Of a stretch of 64,000 nt of DNA, positions 25,301 to 39,400 are shown one piece after another. How positions within the stretch are numbered: the stretch's first letter is position 1; the number at the start of each line of letters is the position of its first letter. Source of the stretch: Amphiscolops sp. MND2022 (Eukaryota); NCBI GenBank assembly GCA_964187785.1, contig OZ076421.1, positions 23,374,001 through 23,438,000 on the forward strand. The letters run 5' to 3'. Below the pieces are notes generated by a model. That model was not told the origin of the DNA and did no database searches. It was given only the letters and a program-made list of their open reading frames with translations. The translations under genes were made by a program, and so were the position numbers.

Positions 25301-25800
25301 TGCTGGAAAACACTTGTCTATTTTTTCTGAATGCTCTAGTTCTTAGTCATCACCAATTTTCAGCATTTTCGCTTCTAGGCATTTCTCAAAATCTCTTAAC
25401 AACACATGAAAAACAATTGTGTTGTGGTGTAAAATACTGTTTTAATTGTCAAAGAGTGGACTCATCTAGTGATTTGAAAGTTAAACACAACATACTCTCA
25501 ATAAGAAATTTTTGACTATAAATCATGTTTTTGATTCCGGAGATATCACAAAAAAACAACTACCAGCCTTCAGTGGTACTAATACAATACCAACAGCTAG
25601 AATGAAGTATCACATTCGAACTAAGAAACTTGTATGCAATACAAAACCCTCTACTGAATTCATGAGAAAAAGTTTCTTCATAAGAATTTTACACCTGTGG
25701 AACAGCCTACCATCTTGTCTGGTCAAAAAGAAATTTTGCTGTAGAACATTGAAAAGCAAACATAAGGTTTGTTTCTCAAATAAAAAAACGAAAGAAATGG
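22400..25800 (+). mobile_element. Decayed CR1/L2-type LINE: ORF1 SGNH-esterase remnant, ORF2 with 2A-like leader, APE endonuclease and partly deleted RT
   Basis: LMVGSS/IQDGTNSIL/LCEVPP (esterase ORF1); LKIFHVNAQSL and YGISET (APE); YRPISITS and KSFGVYL (RT, central domains missing near 25020); C-terminal FFIRILHLWNSLP. Confidence 0.85.
23359..23382 (+). other. 2A-like ribosomal skipping (StopGo) motif DVETNPG|P
   Basis: gat gtt gaa aca aac ccg ggg cct is an exact D(V/I)ExNPGP, immediately upstream of the APE domain in ORF 23059-23472. Confidence 0.8.
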
Positions 25801-25814
25801 GACAACCGGAACGT

Positions 25815-25870
25815 AGAAATCAAGCCGGGAACGACCCAAGTCGGCGCTATATCTAAGGCTCAAAAATAGC
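25815..25870. repeat. Short dispersed repeat end; inverted copy in NUP205 intron 1 (~58865-58925)
   Basis: aagccgggaacg.cc.aagtcgg.gctatatctaaggctcaaaaa is present here and as reverse complement at ~58865-58925. Confidence 0.7.
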
Positions 25871-26699
25871 AAAAGGACTTCAATGTGACAAGTATTCTCT
25901 TCACAGTACCCGCGTGAGGAAAAATTTGAAAAACAAATCCGATTTTCTTTCGAATTCTTTTTTGGCCTCCGGTAGGGCCCATATTACCCAAAAACGTGGA
26001 AGAGATTCCTTTGGGAGTTTTTGAACAACCATTCTTTTGCAAAATAGAAAAAAAATGAAGGCGTGATCCCTTGGAGACGTTTAAAAAATTTGCGAAAAAA
26101 GTCTCACCAAGCCGAAAAAACCTGCACAAAAACATTTTTGGTAATGGGCGGGACTCGAATTCACCTCCTTCTGCTTGGCATCAAAAACTATCCTAATTAA
26201 TCTCAATGATAAATGGCAGCAGAGGTTACAAGTGTTACAGTTGGTAGACGCAGCCTATAAAGCTTATGAGATCTCTCACTTCGTTGGTCTTTAAAAAAGG
26301 AAAAAAGTCACTGCTTTAGCCTGCGATTTCTACAAAACGCGAAGACTAAAAATGCTGGAGAGATTACCGCTTTTGTTAAAATTGATGCATATTTTTGTTT
26401 TTATCGATTATCGACTGCCGTTTTTTATAGAAACAAAATGATGACTCTTTTAATTGAGGAATTCAGTGATTTTTTGGAATTGAGAAAATGAGAGAAAAGA
26501 TAAAAGATAAATTATCAGAAAATATGGTCCAATAAAAGTACCTAAACAAAAACAAACTCAAGTTCTGAGACAAATGAAACTTAGAATACACATTCATCGG
26601 GATCCAAAAATCACAAGTGTGTCTATAGGAGTGTACGCATCGAATATTGAAACCTCAGACTCAGAAAACTAGGATTATACTTTTAGTGCCTCGGAAGTG

Positions 26700-29600
26700 A
26701 AAAATTTAAGACAGCCAGTCAGACCATTGTTACGAAGTTATCGAAAATTAGACGCAACGATAGTTTCAAATGAGGACTCTGAGGAAAATAAGTTTCACAT
26801 CGGTGTATTACAGTTTTCTTTCTCCTCACCGTTCTTCTGTAGTCTGGTCTAGTTTTCCTGTATAGATCACAGTTAGTTTCTTTCACTTTATTGTATTTTT
26901 TACAGTATGGTAAACCGCCTAGTTTTTTTGGTCCGTTTCGCAAATGGTAGCGTCTTTGACTTTCTTACCAATGAATTCACTTAGTTCACTGGGTGACTGA
27001 CCGTAGTTTGTACCTGATTCGGTAGTATGGTTTGTTTCTTTCGGAAGGACTTGTAGTTCGTCCTTTGTATTCGAGTGGAAAAGTTTTCCCTGGCTGGTTT
27101 TGTAGCAATCGAAGTCGTCATCCTGGACGATGCTTGAATCCAAATCCATCGATTTGTCGATGGAATTTCCGAGGGACGCAAAGTGTCCTTTTTCGTTGGG
27201 TGACTGTTCCATACGTCTCAGCCAGTGCTCGTTCTTTTCACGATTCTCAGGAAGAGGTGGTTCGTTTCTTCTATAGCTGCAGGATGCGGTTGTTTGGTAG
27301 CAGGTGGGCTGGTCATTGGTAGTTCGGAGAGTGGTACTTCGTGTTTCCGTTTTTGTAGTGCTCTGAAAAAGTAGCGGATTTGAGATTGATTTCCTGTTGA
27401 TTTTTTTTGTCAGTTGTTATTAAGTGGTCGGTTCCCGATATTGCTAGTTGCGGTTTCTTGTGAAACTCGTTGCCCAGGAAGCCAATTTTATAGGCTTTTT
27501 TGTAAATTGTAAACGGGTAGTGGACCGTAATTTCATCGACAGAATTCCGGGGTAATAATACCGAGAGGTCTTTGGAGTCAACTGGTCTTTCAATTTTCAG
27601 GTTAATCAATTTAGTTCTAGGTTTTTGCTCAGAGTGTAGTTCGAAAGGATACTTTCTTGTTTTCGAATGGGTGGTGAATCCAAGTACATGTAATGCATTA
27701 TCCAGGCTGTCGCATAGATTGTCCCGTCCTCCAAATTCGCTTTCAGTTAGTTCGTTAGTGATTGGGTGGTCCTTTCAGCCAATCCCGTGCCGTTATGTTA
27801 ATTCGTTGTACCGTAATTATGGATTATATTGTTTTCTTTACAGAAAATACTATACAGTTTTGATATAAAACCACTGTCTCTGTCTGTTTTAATTGATTTC
27901 GGTACTTCGTAAAAGCTTGTGTATTCCCGCAGGAATGTTGCTACGGTTTCATAGTTATCGGTTCTCCAAGTTTTTGCTACTCGTCAGCGGCAACGGAACT
28001 TAATAATAAAGAAGAAGTTTCGAAGTGTTTGCTGTGCAACTTTCCCGCAAACTCCATTTGGATTTCTTCGCCTGAGTTCTGTGGTGATTTTGTTCATTTT
28101 TCTGTACTACCAAGTTGAAATTTAAGGTTCTTACCGGCATTTAGACAAGTGGAACAGGCTAAAGCTTCGTTTTTCATATCTGCCCGCGTGTTGGGCAACC
28201 AAGAGATAGTGGCGTCGTAGCATATCTTGTTAAAGCCAGCTTGCCCAAAGTATATGGGGTTGAGTGCTGCGTATTGGAGGCTCTTGCAGCGAGAGGTTTC
28301 GCCCATTGTGATTCCCCATCGGTGTGTCAGTCTCTTGATGACCAGTTTGTAATCTTCCAGAATTTGATTCAAACAGTTATCGTCACGGCAACATTGTATT
28401 TCAATTAGGTCTCAGTCAGCGGCGGTTTCGTCAATCAAGGTTTCTAAATTGAGCAAGAAGTCCAAATCCACCGCTTTGACATTGTTTTCGTGCTTGTTGT
28501 ATGTCGCGGCATCTTTCCATACGACCCGATCGGTTCGAAACGTAGTGTACCGCGATTTCTTCTATCAGTCTAATACTAAAGTCTTTAAGCGGAACTGCCG
28601 GGTATGTGCCAGGTTTCTGGGTGGTCACGGCCTCTTAAGGAAGGGATGATACCGTCGATTTGGAGTCTTTACTGGTCTACATTGGTGTTTTCGCCGATGA
28701 TCCGGGTTTCTGAGGGATGAGGTCACCGAAATCTTTGAAATATTCTCCAACCACGTGCGCATCGCAGCATTCTTCTTTCCAGTCTCATGCGGAGGACGAT
28801 GCGTTTGATTTCTCTAAACTTTTCTTCATCTGGTCTCCTCAGTATCAAGATCTGTCTCTCCAGTATCTTGTAGTACTGTTTCCTGGTTTGGCTATTTCAA
28901 TTCGCCAGTTCACTAGGTCTTGCGTTCCCGGAGTTTTTTCTTGGCTTGATTATCTACAGGATGAGACTTTAGGCGACCATTAGTTTTTTTTTAGTTTTCC
29001 ATCTCCGGAGAATTGATCCAGATATTGGCAACGGAGATAACTACTGTCACTCATTTTGTCTGGTGTATGATATTTTACGATACTATTTTTCAGGGCGATT
29101 AGGCTGATTAGCAGTCAAGTGAAAAATGGTGTGGTAGTTACTTGATTTGCAGCGACGCGCACTGGTTGTGCGCGTCGCGTATCAAGCATGTATGTCGTTT
29201 CATCCGTTCTGATTTTGTCTGTAGTGGGTTGAATTCTCGTCCGATACGGCTAGTTACCTTTGTTAGTTGTGCGATGGCGTTGATTACGAATCTTTCTTCG
29301 TAATTTTTTTCTTCCGGTTCTGCGTTTTCGGTAGGAAGTCTACTAATCAAATCTCTGAACATGATTTCTTTTTCAGCGGTGTACTTTATTGTGATGTCGA
29401 AGCCGTTTAATCTGTCGAGCCACCGTGTTAGTGGGCCGCTCTCTTGTTTGCTAGTTTTGTTTTTCTTTAGAACTGGAGCTAAAGCCTGCTGGCGGACAAA
29501 ACTTGAACCTGTTTCTCGTAGAGATGGAATCTAAATTGTTCCAAACCCCAAACCAACGCTAAAATTACCATTCCGCCGACCAAATCTTTCCTTTTCCGTT

Positions 29601-31650
29601 ATTTGAATATTGGCTGGCAAAATGTATGGGTTTTAAGTCTCCTTTGTTTTGTTTCTGTCATAATGCAATTCGAAGTCCGGATGTTGCCAGCATCTGTTGT
29701 GAGGGTGGCTGTAAATAGGTCGAATTTTTCTGGTCGAAAGGACTGAGGTCGAACCTCTTGATCGAATTACAGGAATCGAATGGAATACGGTCGAATTTTA
29801 TCGTATTTGTTGTATGGCTCGGTCGCTTCGCTCCCTTCGCCAAGTAGCAACATTGAGGCATGGCCATATGGCACGTCGCTTCGCTCCTGCATTCAGGGCA
29901 CTAGGGGTATGTGAACATATCTGACTACGTTATTAAAATTTCGATCCGAGTTGTTTCGATCCCATTCAAAAATTTGATATTGTCGACCTGAGGACTAACT
30001 CTGATTTTCGATCCCGTTCCTTCGACCTCTTTCCGCCCACCCCTGTTGTGACGATGTTTTCTTTTTTCCTTTGTTATGTGCAAGGCTTGGTTGTGATCTT
30101 AGTTTTCGTTTTATGTTATTAAAATCAGTACTTCGTTCGTTTTTCTGTCCTTTCCCAATTTTCCGTCCTTTCGGATGAAATTTGAAAAGTGATGGATTGC
30201 TCCCGAAAAAACAATTTTGGTTTCGTGGTGGTGTTTGTTGGGGGGTCTAGTCCGTTCATCGCCTCGGTTTTTTCTTTGATGGGTCTGATTCCGTCTTGAG
30301 AGATAATGTGGCCCAACCATATTGATTCGTTTTCGTAGTATGCTGATGGTAGAAATTTCTTGCATGCTTTATATCCTCCTTTATCCGGTTTTGTGAGTAC
30401 CAATTCCAGTTTGTGTTTGTGTTTTCTTTTCGTACCGTGGGTGGTCCAACCATGTGGGTGTTTAAGGTCCGGGTAAGCGGTCTTCTTTATACATCCTTCG
30501 TTCAACACGATTTTGACGGATTTGTTTCCTTTTTTACCGTGATAACTACGGGTGATACAAAATAGTCTTCTTCAATGGTATCCAATGTTTGCAGACGTCC
30601 GGATCTTATTAGTCCGTCAAGTTCAATCTTTATATCGTCTCGCAAATAGTATGGCATGGATCGCACATTTTGTTGTATTGGGTAACATTCCGCATTTTTG
30701 ATTGTATGGTTCGTCACGACTAATTTGTGGATTTTTCTGTGGATGTTTTTGATTGGTCTGTTCCGTTGTCCAATGAAGACTTATTTATGGTATTTGGTAA
30801 GTTGACAAATGTTTCAGCCCTCAGTAGTGATGTAATTTCATTTCTTTTGGGGATTAGTACCGGTATCCTCGCTGATATGTTGTTGCATTCCGTATTCACC
30901 TATTTTTTCCCTAAGAAAAAATATTTCGTTATTGTTTACATCCTGATATCTCTCTTTTAGTGGTTTGATGTCTTTGGTGGTCAGTCGATTTTGGTTGCAT
31001 GGCATAATGGTGACCGGAGAGCCAGTGTTAATGATGCTATTCTTGTTCTTTTTTGTTATTTCGAAACCGTAGTAATCATTGTTGTCTGGTAGTATTATGT
31101 TTGTTTGTGTAATTTAGCGGATTTCTTCGGGTTTGCTTCTTTTGTGAGCTTGTGTCTCTCCTATAATTTATTTTTCATGGGCTGTTGTTTGCTGTGGTAT
31201 ACCGATCGAAATGCCTTTTTCTCGCAATTGTTTCACTTCATGGTTTTTGCCGAGCATATGTGTTGCGGAGTCTAATTCTTTTTCTAATGTTCTTCTGGTT
31301 TTTCATCTTCTTGTTTAGCACACAAGAAGTCTCCACGGCTGTGGTATGTGCTCTTGTGAGCTTATAATGTTCCCGGAAAAATTGTAGTAGTTTGTCGGTT
31401 TTGATTTTATCTGGGCCTGTGTTGAATTTTTCTTTTGTAATTATCTCGATTGCCCCAAATGATGCCTTGTCGGATTTCGGGTTCTTTTCTTCTCATGTTT
31501 CACCGGTGGGTACAGTTTCTCCCGACAAAATTTGATATCGACGTTGTGGATTCTTTAAATAAAGTGTCGGATTTTTCAGGTGTATATATTTTCTAAGCAA
31601 GTTAAAATCTTTGAAAGTATGGGGGTGCTTAGAAAGATAAAGCTATGTCA
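26700..31650 (-). mobile_element. Decayed Ty3/gypsy LTR retrotransposon internal region (RT-RNase H-integrase)
   Basis: PYYLRDDIKIELDGLIRSG...VSPVVITVKK (RT start); WLGHIISQDGIRPIKEKTEA (RT thumb); SWLPNTRADMKNEALACSTCLNAGKNLK (integrase HHCC). Many stops; LTRs not recognised. Confidence 0.85.
29703..30042. mobile_element. 340 bp Mutator-like MITE with 9 bp TSD, inserted in the gypsy remnant
   Basis: TSD CTGTTGTGA at 29694-29702 and 30043-30051. Ends are GGGTGG...TAGGTCGAA and TTCGACCT...CCACCC. The right half recurs at 53651-53757 and the interior at ~34560-34680. Confidence 0.85.
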
Positions 31651-32261
31651 AATAATGCCGTCTTCAAGTTCGTCAAATTTATCTCTCGTTTATTGTAGTT
31701 TAATGAAGATAATTGGCAGGTACCACATTCCACTGTTTTTCACGAACTGATCAATTCTCCCTGGTAGAAAACTCAGCTTACATTCTCTAATAGTTACTCT
31801 CAAAACTAAAAATCCGCTGCTAATTATTTTTATTCGATTGCATTGAATGCCTTAATCTGCTGTTTTAGAAAATTTTATACGCAATTTTTTGCAAACTAAG
31901 TAGATGTTCGATAATCATGTGTTTTTGCAAATTCCCAAACCTGTTGAATAGTTCTTGAGTTTTCAGGCGAAAAATTTTTGACTGGAACATTTCCATCAAT
32001 TGAAATCACTTTCGTTTTTTTCCACTGCTGTAGTTTAACTTCGTGTCCTTCTTCAACAATAACGACATCTTTTTCCTAGAATAACAATTCCGTTTATAAT
32101 TTCTAATAGAAATTCGTGTATTTTAACCTGAACTGAATTGCCGGTTCAAGAACATGAAAATTTCTGCAAAACAGTTCATTTTGCGCTGGAAGATTTCGCA
32201 TGAGAAATCACCATATTCACTGGTTTTGCTAAAAAATATACATGGCACATTGTTTCGATAG

Positions 32262-33814
32262 AATACAACATGGATTTGGAAATTTGTGGTCCTCAGTATG
32301 ACCAAAACGTTATAGTAGCTAAAGTACTGGCAGGGCTCACCGGCATCGGGTTCGCGTTTGTTGTCGGGGTTATTCACGTTTTCAGCAACATACGTTTCAT
32401 TATCAAGCTCAGGAGTACCCGAGAAGAGTCTGAACACGTCACGGGTGGAAACGAACCTCGAGAGGGACTGCGAACTAACGCAGTCAACCCTCGTGTTATT
32501 TTTCACAACACAACTCCGGGGCCAGATGTTGGAGACGGAATGGTCTGGGAAAACCCCAGTCATCGCGGCAATCAGCGCCCTAAAACAGAAGCTTCGGTAC
32601 CATTGCCCGAAAAAGTGAACATCGAAAATTCATTGCAAGATTCTCTTTGTAGAGCGGATAAGTCAACTCAACAAAATTTAGGAGGAAGTCATGTAGGTAC
32701 AACTGAGACGAATTTGGGACTCCACGATCAGTCTCCGGGAACACGGGTTGAAATTGAGGTTCATTTCAACGAGCAACTGGGTAAGACAAAAACACCAGGG
32801 AATCCCAGTGATGATGAAGCAATGTCTTCTGACGGTGCCATGAAAGACCATACTGATGGTACGAAGATCCAAGTTGCAGAGACCTCGTTAAACTCTCAGG
32901 TAGATGACTCAGAACTCAGCGAGCATTCAACCACTGGTGGCACCATTAGCACAGATTGCGCTGACCCATATGTAAACCCTAAAACAATAAGTGACGAAGA
33001 TGTCTCGAATAGCTGCAGATGCTCCAATCACGAAGTTAAGCTCAGCGAGAACCCGACTACTGATGTCTCTGAAAGTCAGTCGGATGATCTTGCTGACAAC
33101 AAACAAAACAAGGAGGGACAAAAAGTTGTTGGAAGCTCTCAGAAAACGTTCAACGCCCAGGATCCGGTACCAGAACAAAACGTTGAAGCAGCTCAATTCG
33201 GTTCCAAACCTCAAACTCGAAAAGAAGTTGCCAAAACGATCAAAACTCGGGACACGGGGTTGAATTCATCTGCAAAGTTGGATTTGAACGAAACATCGGC
33301 TGCTGAAACAACAAATGAGATCACAATTGTGCAAACCAGCGAAGCAGTTGCATTTTCGAGCGACAATGCAGACGAAGATCGATGTTTTCCCGAAAACTGC
33401 CCGAACACTGGTCTGTTGATTGGAGGTCCTAATAATAGCGTGGACAGCAGGAGAGTTTATGAACAAAATGCTAGCAGTCGTTCCGAAGGTCGCAACGAAG
33501 GTACTGTATCTATTGTTATGGGAGCTACAACTCAGCCACGCTGCCAGCAAGCTGCAAACGACACCAGTGACAAATTGTTCACCAGGGCTCTCATTTCAGT
33601 CACGTTTCTCTACCTAATCTTGTCTAGTCTCAGCTGGGGATTGCTTTTCGCTTCTTTGGGATTGGATCAAAGCGAAGAGGGAGCAAAGGAGAAAATAACT
33701 TTATTGAATTTATTGCATTCGTTGTGTCTAATTATAAACAGTTCTATCAACTTTGTGTGTTATTATATTCATTCCAGCGATTTTCGCACAACTTTGAAAT
33801 CACTGTTCCATTAA
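32262..33814 (+). CDS. GPCR coding exon 2 (ECL2, TM5, ~390 aa ICL3, TM6, TM7, helix 8)
   Basis: Acceptor tgtttcgatag|aa is phase 1 and in frame with exon 1. ECL2 Cys (EICGP), TM5, TM6 ALISVTFLYLIL, TM7 NSSINFVCY and helix 8 SSDFRTTL are present. Spliced CDS is 2031 nt (676 aa). Confidence 0.8.
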
Positions 33815-34949
33815 ATGAATGACTTCTGTCATCTTAGTGTTGATTTTACAATTTTACCTAACTTTTGTGATGAATGTACACCATTATTAATTCTTTGCGT
33901 TGACTGTACGTTATTTATGTAACTTTTGTGTTGAATGATCAACTTGAGTTCCAAGACAACTATCCTGTTTTTTCACGATCAAAAACTCACCTTGTTGGGT
34001 TACATTTTTCAAATTGTTCTTAATAGAGATAAAAGTACAGACGACGTCTTCTTTTGGATACCATTCCCGCTCAATGCTTTTGAAAAGCTGTCACAAAAAA
34101 CTTTTGAATCGAAAACTCCTAAAAATACCAAACGGTCAAACAAAACTCTCAAAACAGCGGGATAAAAAATCACAATCTCCAGAAATTTGTGGACGAGCAA
34201 CCATACCTTGCAAATAACGTTTGAATAAAGATCACGAACCGAGAACATTGAAAATCACAAACCTTCAGGAGAGGCATTTCGGAAAATAAAATAGCAATCA
34301 AATATAGTTTAGGAACTACTTTGAGGAGAGGTTATAGGAAAAACGCCTCGCGAAAAACCACCCACGGCAAAAATGCTTGACGGAAAAAAACAAATGTCAC
34401 AGAGAAAAATTTTTTGGGAACTTTTGCTAGAACAATTCAATTTCATTTCAGCAAAAATTTTTTAATGGTTGTATGGTTTTCGCCCTTCGTCAAAATTTGC
34501 CACGGTACTAGTAATAGCACGTTGCCCCGCTTCGCTGATATGAAGAGGTTAGCATATTTGTTGTATGGCTCAGTCGCTTCGCTCTTTTTGCCAAGTATCA
34601 ACATTGAGGAACCGCCATATGACACGTCGCACCGTTTCGCTTCGCTTATGAATTTGAGGCACCAGAGGTATTTATTAGGGTATTCAAAGCAGAACTTTCA
34701 AAAATATATCTACAAAGATCAGCCAAAAAATGCGAGAAAGAAGCAGTACTACTCTTCTTGTTCTCGACTCAAACAACCAACTTTGGGACATTTACTTTAT
34801 CAATTTTTTCGCCTTTGGAAGTACCTTTTACCTGTAACTTTACTTCGAAATGTTGCAAATTCAATAAAACATTGTAAAGATATGTCGTTGTCGATGATAT
34901 ACAACGAAACAGGTTTCTTTTGATATTGCTTGAGCTGCAGTGGAGTCAT

Positions 34950-37900
34950 GCTTTTTAGGTTTAATTGTATATAATTGAACTCAGTCAGTCAGTTACAGAC
35001 TTTTGTTATGGACTTTTCAAGCAATTGTTTCTTGATGACTGTTAGACAGGAATTTGATAGGAGAAGACCTTTAGTTTGATTGCTTGTAGAAAATAAGTTT
35101 TTGACTTCAGTCAAAAATTCCACCAGGACTTGATGGCGTGATCGCTCTAAAAGTTCCTTCAACAATCCACTAAGATACTCAGACAAAACAGTAAGAATTC
35201 CGTTGTCGAACAGGATGTCAGTGATACGATTCAATTCTGTTTTAAAAAAAATGATTGCTCTCATTATTCGAAGCTACACTTTTTCAATCTTTCCTTAACT
35301 GTGTTCGCCGCTGAACCGTATATCAGTAAGCCATAAATTATTATCGACTTTGCAAACGAATGGTACAATAGAAGCAGATACTTGCGTGATACAGATGGCG
35401 GCAACTGTATGTTAGGTCACAAAAGGTGCTCTGTTTTTTAGCGACGTAAGCGATGTGCTGATTGAACCGTAGCCATTTATCTAGATGAACTCCTAAATAC
35501 TTACCGAACGTTTTGAATTTTCAAACGCTACGGATTTTTGGATCCAAAAACATCATTTCATTCTAATCTGCATTAATAGTAAACTTGATAGCGACTAACC
35601 AGTCCGAGACTGCATCTACATCCTCTTTCATTGAAAAATCAGTATTTTGTCCGGCGGTGATCAATGCGGTGTCATCCGCAAACACTGTTACGTTACTACT
35701 GCCACAGCTAACATTAAGATCATTTTTGTACAGAAAAAAAAACGATCAAAGTTTTGAAACCGGGGAATGTTGTCACTACAGGTTCCAATTTTAATTATAT
35801 GTTGCAACCAATAACTCAGGTAACTTTTAGTCCTTTCATGTATTGATTCTCTCTAGCCGTATCCTCCTGGTTTTTCTGATGTATTGCGTGATCCAGCGGA
35901 TCAAATGCCTTTTGAAGATCTATAAAACAAGCCCGTCCTGGTGCATCATTGTCACGTCCAGATGTCATGAATTCTGTAGTTGAAACTTTGGCATCTGCAC
36001 ATGATCTTTTCGATCGGAATCCGTACTGGTTGTTTTCACCAACTTCTCGTCTCTCACAGATTTCAACCATTCATTTATGGATTAGTTTTTCGAAGATCTT
36101 ATTTGATGAACTGAGTATGCTTATTGGTCTATAAACTTCTGGTTCTTGTTCTGTCACCTTTTTTTTGTATCGGTACTACTTTGACTCTTTTCCAAATTTT
36201 GGGAAACATACTTTCAACGATAAATCTAATGGACGCAATGGCTTTTGAGTTTTCAACAACTGGGTTCCTGCATTTAGCTATCCCATTTGAAATTCCATCA
36301 CATTCTAGTGTCTTTTTAATTTTCATCTGTGTAAAGTTTTCCATAACTCCTAAATCATTTGTGCTTCGGAACACCATCGAATTATTGTAAATAATTTTTC
36401 TGGTATTCTTTTTCGTTTCATCAAGGTTTGATGCTAGCATTAGGCCCATGGAAACAAAATACTCGTTTGCAATTTTTGAGTCGAGGAGGCAAGGGCTTCC
36501 TTGGGTGTTTCTTTTTATTACTTGAGTTTTTTATAGATGGTTTTTGGCGAGAGCCTTTTTCCAAGTTTTCCAAGTTTCTTGTAACATGTTTCCGGCTTCG
36601 CTTGTCAAAATTTGATCCTCATCTCCTTATATGCTTGCTGTTTTTCAGCGCATGTGTCCACAATCCTTTTTTGGAAGAGTTTATTGCTCTTCGTTAAAGC
36701 ATTTTTTGTTTTGTTACTAATCTTTCCATCTGCTTGCTCTTGTTGCAATTTTTCCTTCTCAAGTGCGAATTTATTCAGACTAACCATTTTCAATTTCTGC
36801 AATTGACGCTACTTGCGCCTCCGCTGTTGCGTCATTTGGTATTTGTCTCAAATTCGCATCCAGAACAAACCAAAAATTTAGCGCTTTTCCACCTTTGATT
36901 TTTCTCAGACCTTGTACTTTAATTTTTGCCTCACCAGTTTCGTTACTTCCAGTTTTCAATGCAATTGATCGCAGTTCTGTATACTGATAAGAGACAGTTG
37001 TTCGCAGCGTCGTTTTTTTCAGCGTGATAGTTCTCCAAAAACAAGGTGGTCCGAACAGGTGTTACTCTTGTCGGCTCGAAATTTTGTATCCCGAAATCGA
37101 AAGCGTTCAATCGGTTTTTATTTTCAATTTTTTTACGACTATCCTTCAACGTGTCAATATTGGAGTCAACAAAGAGGTATGACTTGTATTTTAAGTTCTT
37201 CATATAACTTAGCAGGTTTTCGACTTTTGGGAGAAAGTCAGTGTGTCAACAAATTTCAGGGAGGGAAGGTTTTTTTCGCTTCTTTCTCGTTGTAATTCAC
37301 TTAAATAAAAGAGAAGTCAATGTTGGTATCGCAGTTTAATAATTCATAGTCGATGCTTCTTTTGATGTAGAAAGAGACGCCCACCTGATTCTTTCGGAAT
37401 TGGGTCTAAGATTGACATCAACCGAATAGTCGTTTTTCAAGTTGTAAGTCTTCCTATCATCGCCTTCGGTCATCCAAGTGTCATTTAGAGCTAGAGTTTC
37501 CGGCGTTGTTTGGATTGTTCCCAACAAAACTTTTAATGCCTCTTGATGGTAATTTAAACACCTCGTGTTTAGTCGTAGGATGAAACTCTTATTTTTAGAC
37601 TGATGTGCCAGCGGTTGGTTCCCCCTGTTATACATGAAATGGCTTCAAGAACGTTTTTGGTTTATGGACGGTGTGCAAATTTTCAACAAAATACAGTCAC
37701 TGAAAAGTAAACAATCGTATCATAATAACCTTTTGTTTTGCTCAAATTCCTTCATTAACATACGGTGAAGAGCTTTGATTCGTAATTTTTGGCATTGGTG
37801 TCAAATTGCGTAAATCTTCAAATGTCTTTTCTCGGAAAAAAGATTGACGCTGGTACTCATCTGATTACCACGGGTTTTTCTTCTTCGTTGCAGTCCAATT

Positions 37901-38100
37901 TCTGCTTGTTTATCTACATCTTTTTTGTTTCGCACCACTTTGGAAATAGTTTTGTTTTCGGGTGCTTCCAAGAAGACTTTCACCTGATTGTTGTATGTAG
38001 TCGTAACCAAGTTCTTTTCTTTTTCCATGTATATTTTCAACTGCACATCGTTTTTCGATAATGGTTTAGATAAACCGGTCTTTTGTTTATTGGGTGAACC
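34950..38100 (-). mobile_element. Decayed CR1/L2-type LINE
   Basis: LRLNTRCL...LALNDTW (APE); PKIWKRVKVVPIQKKGD, QYGFRSKRSCADA...FIDLQKAFD and TVFADDT (~35680) (RT). Confidence 0.8.
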
Positions 38101-38862
38101 ATATTGGGGGTATCTTTCCTAATTTCGTTTGGCCGTTAATTCGTTTTATTGGCGTAACTTCCAGTCACATTTCCGAGCAATCAGAAAGAAAGAAGGTTGC
38201 TATAACTTGGTCTAGACTACCTAGTATGTGTGAAAAATGGTTGAAAATTTCACATGCCAAGTCAATGACAAACTCAACATAAGATTCGGGTACCCATTGG
38301 GAATTTGTCCGTTCGAAGTGTCCCCATTCTGCACTGGACCGCCATTGTGTAAATTAACAGATTTTGTATTGTTGGTATTACCACTGCCAGAGGGCGGACT
38401 GCTGTATCCGTTTGGAAGGTCAATCTGAAGTACCTCAGATCACAAAAGACTCGCTGAATGTCAACATACTAAACATGCAATTTTTCGAGAGTTTTCATTA
38501 ACGAGAGATAATATTGGTTTCCGATAAAAGTTATAGTTCGAGAAAACACTAGTTGAGATTGTTGGAAGTTTTTACATGCTGAAGGCCTGCGTCAAGGGTT
38601 GCTTTTTGCAGGAGCAAGAATATTCAGTAAGCTTCCGGTGGTAAATTTTGTAGGATTACAGTACAGTTTACGCTATTGCAATTAAAATAGAATACATTTT
38701 CCGATGTGTTATCGACACTATTATTTTGTATTTGCAATTTGACTTCTGACCTACTCAACTAATGTTTTCACCGCTTGTCAGAAAGCCACTGAAGTGAAGC
38801 TAGTTTGCCATTTACAACATCAGTGAAGTTACAACACTTTGGTATATTCGACGACTTCTCGG

Positions 38863-39400
38863 TGTTACGACTATTTACTGGGGTAGTTTTAGAGCTAGTC
38901 GCAATTGTTGTTTTAAGAGGTATTGACGTTCTAGCAACGGAGATGTTCTCAGGCTCAGAATCAGAATCCTGGTCATTAACGCAAGTAGGGCGTTTTCTAC
39001 TCAAAGGTGCTATCAATTTAAGCATTTCCTTTTGGTTCTCAGCTAGTATTTTCGACATATCAGATGAAATGTCTTTTCTCAAAGACGTTTTTATTTCGTC
39101 TAAGTTTTCTGGCTCAATCCTGAGAGTTTTACTAGGACCTGCCATTAAATCCTCAGGCGGGATGTTCTCGTTTACAGGGGTTTTAAAATCTGCAGAAAAT
39201 AGCTCAGCTACAGCTTTTCTCTTTTGACTTCTAGTTGTCATTTTCAGGTTGAGAAAATCAAAGTCTTCGGTAATATTGAATTGTTCGAAGATTATTTTTC
39301 GTTATGTTAACGGAACAAATTGAGTACAAGTAGGGTTAAAAACTGACTAAACTTTACATGCCTCGACTACATATATATACCTTTCCAGCATCAATTGTTC
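38863..39400 (-). mobile_element. LTR-like remnant containing a gag-like N-terminal ORF that ends at the LTR terminus
   Basis: ORF MTTRSQKRKAVAE...TPVNSRN runs into TCGTAACA (minus strand, ending at 38863), a typical LTR 3' end. A TATA-like tatatata lies ~130 nt upstream of the ATG. Far boundary and TSD not found. Confidence 0.45.

Noticed and set aside
32123-33617. Overlapping short ORFs on both strands within GPCR exon 2
   Set aside because: Alternative-frame or antisense by-products of a long real exon.
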